Below are positions 50,001-62,000 of a stretch of 64,000 bases of DNA, in pieces (positions within the stretch are counted from its first letter, which is position 1; each line of letters starts with the position of its first letter). The stretch lies in NCBI RefSeq assembly GCF_009914755.1, contig NC_060948.1; one strand, written 5' to 3'. Both the position numbers and the translations under genes were made by a program. Below the pieces are notes generated by a model. The model was not told the DNA's origin. It searched no databases and saw nothing but the letters and a program-made list of their open reading frames with translations. The DNA comes from the human T2T-CHM13v2.0 reference genome, Homo sapiens.

Positions 50001-53000
50001 AATGAAACGGAAAGGAAAGGAATGGAATGGAATGGAATGGGCTGGAATGGAAAGGAATCGAAACGAATGGAATGGAATCGAACTGAAGAGACTGGAACGG
50101 AATGCACTGGAATGGAAGGGAGTGTAATGGAAGGTTCTCGAAAAAAATGGAATCGAATGGAATGGAATTGAATGGAACGGAATAGAGTCGAATGGAATTG
50201 AATGGAATGGAATGGACTAGAGTGAAATGGAATCGAACCACAAGGAATGGACAGGAATAGAATGGTCTCGAATTGAATGGAATCGTATGGAATGGCATCA
50301 AACGGAATGGAATGGACAGCCACGGAATGGAATGCACTCGAATGCAATGGAGTCGAAACTAATGGACTGGAATAGAATGGACTCGACTGGTACGGACTCC
50401 AATGGAATGGAATCGAATGGAAGGGAATCGATCGGAATGGACTCGAAGGGAAAAGACTGCAATGGGAAGGTCTCGAATGGAATGGAAATTAATGGAATGG
50501 AATGGAATCGAATGAAATGGAGTCAAAAGGAATGGAATCGAATGGCAAGAAATCAAATGTAATGGAATCGCCAGGAATTGATGTGAACGGAATGGAATGG
50601 AATGGTATCCAAAGGAATGGAATAGAATGGAATGGAATCGAATGGAAAGGACTCGAATGGAAATCACTCGAATAGAATGCAATTTAATAAAATAGGATCA
50701 AATGTAATGGAATGGAATGGAAAGGAATCGAAACGAAAGGAATGGAGACAGATGGAATGGAATGGAACAGAGAGCAATGGTATAGAATGGAATGGAATCA
50801 TCGGGAATGGAATTGAATGGAATGGAATAATATGAAATGGAATGGAATGGAATGGAATGGAATGGAATGCCCTTGAATTAAATGGACTGGAATGGAATGG
50901 ACTCGAACAGAGTGGAATGGAAAGTGTTGAGATAGAATGGAATGGACTCCTTTGGAATGGTGTAGTATGCAATGCAATCGACTGGCAGGGAATCAAAAGG
51001 AATGTAATCGAATGGATTGGACTGGAATGCAATGGACTCGAATAGATTGGAAACGGAATGCAAAGGAATGGAATGGAATAGTATGGAATGGAATGGAAAG
51101 GAATGGAGTGGAATAGACTAGAGTGGAATGGAATGGACTGGAAAGCAATGGACTGGAATGGAACTTTCTTGAATGGACTGGAATCAAACGGAATGGAATG
51201 CAATGCAATCAAATGGCATGGAATAAAATAGAATGAAAGAGAATCAAACGGAATTGAATCGAATGGAATCGAATGGATTGGAAAGGAATAGAATGGAATG
51301 GAATGGAATTGACTCAAATGGAATGGACTAGAATGGAATGGATTCGAATGGAAGGCAAAGGAATGGAATCTATTGGAATGGACTGTAATGGAATGGAATG
51401 GAAGGGATTGGAATGGACTCGAATGGAATGGACTGCAATAGAAAGGATTCGAATGGAATGAAAAAGAATTGAATGGAATAGAACAGAATGGAATCAAATC
51501 GAATGAAATGGAATGGAATAGAAAGGAATGGAATGAAATGGAATGGAAAGGATTCGAATGGAATGCAATCGAATGGAATGGAATCGAACGGAATGGAATA
51601 AAATGGAAGAAAACTGGCAAGAAATGGAATCGAAATGAATGGAGTGTTATGGAACGGACTCAAAAGGAATTGAATGTAATAGAATGGAGTGGAGTGGACT
51701 CGAATATAATGGACTGGAATGGAATGAAATCACATGGAATGGGAACGAATGGAATGGAATGGAAAGGAATGGAATCGAATGGAAAGGAATCGAATGGAAG
51801 GGAATGAAATTGAATCAACAGGAATGGAAGGGAATAGAATAGACGGTAATGGAATGGACTCGAATAGAATGGACACGAATGCTCAAATTGAATGGACTCG
51901 AATGGAATGGAAACGAAAGGAATGTCATCGAATGGAATTGAATCGATTGGAATGAAATCGCATAGAATGGAGTGGAATCAAATGGAATTGAATCGAAAGG
52001 AAAGGAAGCGAATGGACTGAAATGAAATGGAATGGAATTGAATGGAAAGTAATGCAATGGAATAGAATGGAACGAAATTTCACGGAATGGAATCAAACTG
52101 AATGGAATCAAATCAATGGAATCCAATCAAATGGAATGGAGTAGATTGGATTGGATGGGATTGGAATGAAATGTACTGGAAAGGACTCGAATTTCATGAA
52201 ACGGAATGGAATGAATTGGAACGGAATGGACTCGAATGGAATGGAATGTCATAGAATGGCATCAAATGGATTGGCATCAAATGGAATGGAATCGAATGCA
52301 ATGGAATGCTATGGAATGGAATGGAATGCATTGGAATGGAATGTCCTCTAATGGAATGGATTCGAGTGGAATGGAATCGAATATAATGGAGTCGAATGAA
52401 ATGGAATTGAAAGGAATGGGATCGAATACAATGGAATATACTGGAATGTAATGTAATGAACTCGAATGTAATTGACTGGAATGGAATGTACATGAATGGA
52501 ATGTAATCGAATGGAAAGTAATCCAATGGAATAGAATCTAATGCAATAAAATCGACTCAGATAGAGTAGAATGTAATGGAATGGAGTGCAGTGCAATGGA
52601 ATGGAATGGAATGGAATGCAATGGAATGGAATGGAATGGAATGGAATGGAATGGAATGGAATGGTGTGGAATGGATAGTAATGGACTGGAGTGAAATGGA
52701 CTGGAAACGAATGGACTCAAATTGAATGGGCTCGAAAGGAATGGAGTCAAATGGAATGGTCTGGAATGGAATGAACACGAATGTAATGCAATCCAATAGA
52801 ATGGAATCGAATGGCATGGAATATAAAGAAATGGAATCGAAGAGAATGGAAACAAATGGATTGGAATTGAGTGGAATGGAATTGAATGGAATGGGAACGA
52901 ATGGAGTGAAATTGTATGCAGTAGAAGAGAATAGAATGGAATGCAGGCGAAAGGAAAGGAATGGATTGGAATGGAATGGAATTCATTGGAATGGAAGGGA

Positions 53001-56000
53001 ATGTAGTGTAATGGACAGGCCTGGAATAAAGTGGAATGCTACGGTCTCGAATGGAATAAAAATGTATGGAATGGAATGCAATGAAACGGAATCGAATGTC
53101 ATAGAATGTAATGGAATGCAAAAAAATGGACTCCAAAATCATTGACTGGAAAGGCTGGGTGTCGAAAGGAATTGACTCCAATGGAATGGAATCGAATGGA
53201 ATGGAAGTGAATAGAATCGAACTAAATCGAATGGAATGGAATTGATAGGAACGGAATGGAAAGGAATGCAATGATTTGGCATGGAATGGAATCGAATGGC
53301 ATCGAATGGAATGGAATGGAATGCAATGGAATGGAATGTATTAGAATGTAATGAACTTTAATGGAATGTACTCGAATGGATTCGACTGGAATGGAATGTT
53401 CTGGAAGTGAATGGACTCCAATGGAATGGATTCAAAAGGAATGGAATCGTACGGAATGGAATCTAATGGAATGGAATTAAATGGAAATGAATCAAATTGA
53501 ATAGCACGGAATTGAATTGAATGGAATGGAATGCAATGGAATCTAATGAAACGGAAAGGAAAGGAATGGAATGGAATGGAATGGGCTGGAATGGAAAGGA
53601 ATCGAAACGAATGGAATGGAATCGAACTGAAGAGACTGGAACGGAATGCACTGGAATGGAAGGGAGTGTAATGGAAGGTTCTCGAAAAAAATGGAATCGA
53701 ATGGAATGGAATTGAATGGAACGGAATAGAGTCGAATGGAATTGAATGGAATGGAATGGACTAGAGTGAAATGGAATCGAACCACAAGGAATGGACAGGA
53801 ATAGAATGGTCTCGAATTGAATGGAATCGTATGGAATGGCATCAAACGGAATGGAATGGACAGCCACGGAATGGAATGCACTCGAATGCAATGGAGTCGA
53901 AACTAATGGACTGGAATAGAATGGACTCGACTGGTACGGACTCCAATGGAATGGAATCGAATGGAAGGGAATCGATCGGAATGGACTCGAAGGGAAAAGA
54001 CTGCAATGGGAAGGTCTCGAATGGAATGGAAATTAATGGAATGGAATGGAATCGAATGAAATGGAGTCAAAAGGAATGGAATCGAATGGCAAGAAATCAA
54101 ATGTAATGGAATCGCCAGGAATTGATGTGAACGGAATGGAATGGAATGGTATCCAAAGGAATGGAATAGAATGGAATGGAATCGAATGGAAAGGACTCGA
54201 ATGGAAATCACTCGAATAGAATGCAATTTAATAAAATAGGATCAAATGTAATGGAATGGAATGGAAAGGAATCGAAACGAAAGGAATGGAGACAGATGGA
54301 ATGGAATGGAACAGAGAGCAATGGTATAGAATGGAATGGAATCATCGGGAATGGAATTGAATGGAATGGAATAATATGAAATGGAATGGAATGGAATGGA
54401 ATGGAATGCCCTTGAATTAAATGGACTGGAATGGAATGGACTCGAACAGAGTGGAATGGAAAGTGTTGAGATAGAATGGAATGGACTCCTTTGGAATGGT
54501 GTAGTATGCAATGCAATCGACTGGCAGGGAATCAAAAGGAATGTAATCGAATGGATTGGACTGGAATGCAATGGACTCGAATAGATTGGAAACGGAATGC
54601 AAAGGAATGGAATGGAATAGTATGGAATGGAATGGAAAGGAATGGAGTGGAATAGACTAGAGTGGAATGGAATGGACTGGAAAGCAATGGACTGGAATGG
54701 AACTTTCTTGAATGGACTGGAATCAAACGGAATGGAATGCAATGCAATCAAATGGCATGGAATAAAATAGAATGAAAGAGAATCAAACGGAATTGAATCG
54801 AATGGAATCGAATGGATTGGAAAGGAATAGAATGGAATGGAATGGAATTGACTCAAATGGAATGGACTAGAATGGAATGGATTCGAATGGAAGGCAAAGG
54901 AATGGAATCTATTGGAATGGACTGTAATGGAATGGAATGGAAGGGATTGGAATGGACTCGAATGGAATGGACTGCAATAGAAAGGATTCGAATGGAATGA
55001 AAAAGAATTGAATGGAATAGAACAGAATGGAATCAAATCGAATGAAATGGAATGGAATAGAAAGGAATGGAATGAAATGGAATGGAAAGGATTCGAATGG
55101 AATGCAATCGAATGGAATGGAATCGAACGGAATGGAATAAAATGGAAGAAAACTGGCAAGAAATGGAATCGAAATGAATGGAGTGTTATGGAACGGACTC
55201 AAAAGGAATTGAATGTAATAGAATGGAGTGGAGTGGACTCGAATATAATGGACTGGAATGGAATGAAATCACATGGAATGGGAACGAATGGAATGGAATG
55301 GAAAGGAATGGAATCGAATGGAAAGGAATCGAATGGAAGGGAATGAAATTGAATCAACAGGAATGGAAGGGAATAGAATAGACGGTAATGGAATGGACTC
55401 GAATAGAATGGACACGAATGCTCAAATTGAATGGACTCGAATGGAATGGAAACGAAAGGAATGTCATCGAATGGAATTGAATCGATTGGAATGAAATCGC
55501 ATAGAATGGAGTGGAATCAAATGGAATTGAATCGAAAGGAAAGGAAGCGAATGGACTGAAATGAAATGGAATGGAATTGAATGGAAAGTAATGCAATGGA
55601 ATAGAATGGAACGAAATTTCACGGAATGGAATCAAACTGAATGGAATCAAATCAATGGAATATAATCAAATGGAATGGAAAGGAATTGAATGGAGTAGAT
55701 TGGATTGGATGGGATTGGAATGAAATGTACAGGAAAGGACTCGAATTTCATGAAACGGAATGGAATGAATTGGAACGGAATGGACTCGAATGGAATGGAA
55801 TGTCATGGAATGGCATCAAATGGAATGGCATCAAATGGAATGGAATCGAATGCAATGGAATGCTATGGAATGGAATGGAATGCATTGGAATGGAATGTCC
55901 TCTAATGGAATGGATTCGAGTGGAATGGAATCGAATATAATGGAGTCGAATGAAATGGAATTGAAAGGAATGGGATCGAATACAATGGAATATACTGGAA

Positions 56001-59000
56001 TGTAATGTAATGAACTCGAATGTAATTGACTGGAATGGAATGTACATGAATGGAATGTAATCGAATGGAAAGTAATCCAATGGAATAGAATCTAATGCAA
56101 TAAAATCGACTCAGATAGAGTAGAATGTAATGGAATGGAGTGCAGTGCAATGGAATGGAATGGAATGGAATGCAATGGAATGGAATGGAATGGAATGGAA
56201 TGGAATGGAATGGAATGGGAAGGGATGGAATGGTATGGAATGGATAGTAATGGACTGGAGTGAAATGGACTGGAAAGGAATGGACTCAAATTGAAAGGGC
56301 TCGAAAGGAATGGAGTCAAATGGAATGGTCTGGAATGGAATGAACACGAATGTAATGCAATCCAATAGAATGGAATCGAATGGCATGGAATATAAAGAAA
56401 TGGAATCGAAGAGAATGGAAACAAATGGAATGGAATTGAATGGAATGGAATTGAATGGAATGGGAACGAATGGAGTGAAATTGTATGCAGTAGAAGGGAA
56501 TAGAATGGAATGCAAGCGAAAGGAAAGGAATGGATTGGAATGGAATGGAATTCATTGGAATGGAAGGGAATGTAGTGTAATGGACAGGCCTGGAATAAAG
56601 TGGAATGCTACGGTCTCGAATGGAATAAAAATGTATGCAATGGAATGCAATGAAACGGAATCGAATGTCATAGAATGTAATGGAATGCAAAAAAATGGAC
56701 TCCAAAATCATTGACTGGAAAGGCTGGGTGTCGAAAGGAATTGACTCCAATGGAATGGAATCGAATGGAATGGAAGTGAATAGAATCGAACTAAATCGAA
56801 TGGAATGGAATTGATAGGAACGGAATGGAAAGGAATGCAATGATTTGGCATGGAATGGAATCGAATGGCATCGAATGGAATGGAATGGAATGCAATGGAA
56901 TGGAATGTATTAGAATGTAATGAACTTTAATGGAATGTACTCGAATGGATTCGACTGGAATGGAATGTTCTGGAAGTGAATGGACTCCAATGGAATGGAT
57001 TCAAAAGGAATGGAATCGTACGGAATGGAATCTAATGGAATGGAATTAAATGGAAATGAATCAAATTGAATAGCACGGAATTGAATTGAATGGAATGGAA
57101 TGCAATGGAATCTAATGAAACGGAAAGTAAAGGAATGGAATGGAATGGAATGGGCTGGAATGGAAAGGAATCGAAACGAATGGAATGGAATCGAACTGAA
57201 GAGACTGGAACGGAATGCACTGGAATGGAAGGGAGTGTAATGGAAGGATCTCGAAAAAAATGGAATCGAATGGAATGGAATTGAATGGAACGGAATAGAG
57301 TCGAATGGAATTGAATGGAATGGAATGGACTAGAGTGAAATGGAATCGAACCACAAGGAATGGACAGGAATAGAATGGTCTCGAATTGAATGGAATCGTA
57401 TGGAATGGCATCAAACGGAATGGAATGGACAGCCACGGAATGGAATGCACTCGAATGCAATGGAGTCGAAACTAATGGACTGGAATAGAATGGACTCGAC
57501 TGGTACGGACTCCAATGGAATGGAATCGAATGGAAGGGAATCGATCGGAATGGACTCGAAGGGAAAAGACTGCAATGGGAAGGTCTCGAATGGAATGGAA
57601 ATTAATGGAATGGAATGGAATCGAATGAAATGGAGTCAAAAGGAATGGAATCGAATGGCAAGAAATCAAATGTAATGGAATCGCCAGGAATTGATGTGAA
57701 CGGAATGGAATGGAATGGTATCCAAAGGAATGGAATAGAATGGAATGGAATCGAATGGAAAGGACTCGAATGGAAATCACTCGAATAGAATGCAATTTAA
57801 TAAAATAGGATCAAATGTAATGGAATGGAATGGAAAGGAATCGAAACGAAAGGAATGGAGACAGATGGAATGGAATGGAACAGAGAGCAATGGTATAGAA
57901 TGGAATGGAATCATCTGGAATGGAATTGAATGGAATGGAATAATATGAAATGGAATGGAATGGAATGGAATGGAATGCCCTTGAATTAAATGGACTGGAA
58001 TGGAATGGACTCGAACAGAGCGGAATGGAAAGTGTTGAGATAGAATGGAATGGACTCCTTTGGAATGGTGTAGTATGCAATGCAATCGACTGGCAGGGAA
58101 TCAAAAGGAATGTAATCGAATGGATTGGACTGGAATGCAATGGACTCGAATAGATTGGAAACGGAATGCAAAGGAATGGAATGGAATAGTATGGAATGGA
58201 ATGGAAAGGAATGGAGTGGAATAGACTAGAGTGGAATGGAATGGACTGGAAAGCAATGGACTGGAATGGAACTTTCTTGAATGGACTGGAATCAAACGGA
58301 ATGGAATGCAATGCAATCAAATGGCATGGAATAAAATAGAATGAAAGAGAATCAAACGGAATTGAATCGAATGGAATCGAATGGATTGGAAAGGAATAGA
58401 ATGGAATGGAATGGAATTGACTCAAATGGAATGGACTAGAATGGAATGGATTCGAATGGAAGGCAAAGGAATGGAATCTATTGGAATGGACTGTAATGGA
58501 ATGGAATGGAAGGGATTGGAATGGACTCGAATGGAATGGACTGCAATAGAAAGGATTCGAATGGAATGAAAAAGAATTGAATGGAATAGAACAGAATGGA
58601 ATCAAATCGAATGAAATGGAATGGAATAGAAAGGAATGGAATGAAATGGAATGGAAAGGATTCGAATGGAATGCAATCGAATGGAATGGAATCGAACGGA
58701 ATGGAATAAAATGGAAGAAAACTGGCAAGAAATGGAATCGAAATGAATGGAGTGTTATGGAACGGACTCAAAAGGAATTGAATGTAATAGAATGGAGTGG
58801 AGTGGACTCGAATATAATGGACTGGAATGGAATGAAATCACATGGAATGGGAACGAATGGAATGGAATGGAAAGGAATGGAATCGAATGGAAAGGAATCG
58901 AATGGAAGGGAATGAAATTGAATCAACAGGAATGGAAGGGAATAGAATAGACGGTAATGGAATGGACTCGAATAGAATGGACACGAATGCTCAAATTGAA

Positions 59001-62000
59001 TGGACTCGAATGGAATGGAAACGAAAGGAATGTCATCGAATGGAATTGAATCGATTGGAATGAAATCGCATAGAATGGAGTGGAATCAAATGGAATTGAA
59101 TCGAAAGGAAAGGAAGCGAATGGACTGAAATGAAATGGAATGGAATTGAATGGAAAGTAATGCAATGGAATAGAATGGAACGAAATTTCACGGAATGGAA
59201 TCAAACTGAATGGAATCAAATCAATGGAATCAAATCAAATGGAATGGAAAGGAATTGAATGGAGTAGATTGGATTGGATGGGATTGGAATGAAATGTACT
59301 GGAAAGGACTCGAATTTCATGAAACGGAATGGAATGAATTGGAACGGAATGGACTCGAATGGAATGGAATGTCATGGAATGGCATCAAATGGAATGGCAT
59401 CAAATGGAATGGAATCGAATGCAATGGAATGCTATGGAATGGAATGGAATGCATTGGAATGGAATGTCCTCTAATGGAATGGATTCGAGTGGAATGGAAT
59501 CGAATATAATGGAGTCGAATGAAATGGAATTGAAAGGAATGGGATCGAATACAATGGAATATACTGGAATGTAATGTAATGAACTCGAATGTAATTGACT
59601 GGAATGGAATGTACATGAATGGAATGTAATCGAATGGAAAGTAATCCAATGGAATAGAATCTAATGCAATAAAATCGACTCAGATAGAGTAGAATGTAAT
59701 GGAATGGAGTGCAGTGCAATGGAATGGAATGGAATGGAATGCAATGGAATGGAATGGAATGGAATGGAATGGAATGGAATGGGGTGGAATGGGATGGAAT
59801 GGTATGGAATGGATAGTAATGGACTGGAGTGAAATGGACTGGAAAGGAATGGACTCAAATTGAAAGGGCTCGAAAGGAATGGAGTCAAATGGAATGGTCT
59901 GGAATGGAATGAACCCGAATGTAATGCAATCCAATAGAATGGAATCGAATGGCATGGAATATAAAGAAATGGAATCGAAGAGAATGGAAACAAATGGAAT
60001 GGAATTGAATGGAATGGAATTGAATGGAATGGGAACGAATGGAGTGAAATTGTATGCAGTAGAAGGGAATAGAATGGAATGCAAGCGAAAGGAAAGGAAT
60101 GGATTGGAATGGAATGGAATTCATTGGAATGGAAGGGAATGTAGTGTAATGGACAGGCCTGGAATAAAGTGGAATGCTACGGTCTCGAATGGAATAAAAA
60201 TGTATGGAATGGAATGCAATGAAACGGAATCGAATGTCATAGAATGTAATGGAATGCAAAAAAATGGAATCCAAAATCATTGACTGGAAAGGCTGGGTGT
60301 CGAAAGGAATTGACTCCAATGGAATGGAATCGAATGGAATGGAAGTGAATAGAATCGAACTAAATCGAATGGAATGGAATTGATAGGAACGGAATGGAAA
60401 GGAATGCAATGATTTGGCATGGAATGGAATCGAATGGCATCGAATGGAATGGAATGGAATGCAATGGAATGGAATGTATTAGAATGTAATGAACTTTAAT
60501 GGAATGTACTCGAATGGATTCGACTGGAATGGAATGTTCTGGAAGTGAATGGACTCCAATGGAATGGATTCAAAAGGAATGGAATCGTACGGAATGGAAT
60601 CTAATGGAATGGAATTAAATGGAAATGAATCAAATTGAATAGCACGGAATTGAATTGAATGGAATCGAATGCAATGGAATCTAATGAAACGGAAAGGAAA
60701 GGAATGGAATGGAATGGAATGGGCTGGAATGGAAAGGAATCGAAACGAATGGAATGGAATCGAACTGAAGAGACTGGAATTGAATGCACTGGAATGGAAG
60801 GGAGTGTAATGGAAGGTTCTCGAAAAAAATGGAATCGAATGGAATGGAATTGAATGGAACGGAATAGAGTCAATGGTCTCGAATTGAATGGAATCGTATG
60901 GAATGGCATCAAACGGAATGGAATGGACAGCCACGGAATGGAATGCACTCGAATGCAATGGAGTCGAAACTAATGGACTGGAATAGAATGGACTCGACTG
61001 GTACGGACTCCAATGGAATGGAATCGAATGGAAGGGAATCTATCGGAATGGACTCGAAGGGAAAAGACTGCAATGGAAAGGTCTCGAATGGAATGGAAAT
61101 TAATGGAATGGAATGGAATCGAATGAAATGGAGTCAAAAGGAATGGAATCGAATGGCAAGAAATCGAATGTAATGGAATCGCCAGGAATTGATGTGAACG
61201 GAACGGAATGGAATGGAATCCAAAGGAATGGAATAGAATGGAATGGAATCGAATGGAAAGGACTCGAATGGAAATCACTCGAATAGAATGCAATTTAATA
61301 AAATAGGATCAAATGTAATGGAATGGAATGGAAAGGAATCGAAACGAAAGGAATGGAGACAGATGGAATGGAATGGAACAGAGAGCAATGGTATAGAATG
61401 GAATGGAATCATCTGGAATGGAATTGAATGGAATGGAATAATATGAAATGGAATGGAATGGAATGGAATGGAATGGAATGCCCTTGAATGAAATGGACTG
61501 GAATGGAATGGACTCAAACAGAGTGGAATGGAAAGTGTTGAGATAGAATGGAATGGACTCCTTTGGAATGGTGTAGTATGCAATGCAATCGACTGGCAGG
61601 GAATCAAAAGGAATGTAATCGAATGGATTGGACTGGAATGCAATGGACTCGAATAGATTGGAAACGGAATGCAAAGGAATGGAATGGAATAGTATGGAAT
61701 GGAATGGAAAGGAATGGAGTGGAATAGACTAGAGTGGAATGGAATGGACTCGAAAGCAATGGACTGGAATGGAACTTTCTTGAATGGACTGGAATCAAAC
61801 GGAATGGAATGCAATGCAATCAAATGGCATGGAATAAAATAGAATGAAAGAGAATCAAATGGAATTGAATCGAATGGAATCGAATGGATTGGAAAGGATT
61901 AGAATGGAATGGAATGGAATTGACTCAAATGGAATGGACTAGAATGGAATGGATTCGAATGGAAGGCAAAGGAATGGAATCTATTGGAATGGACTGTAAT

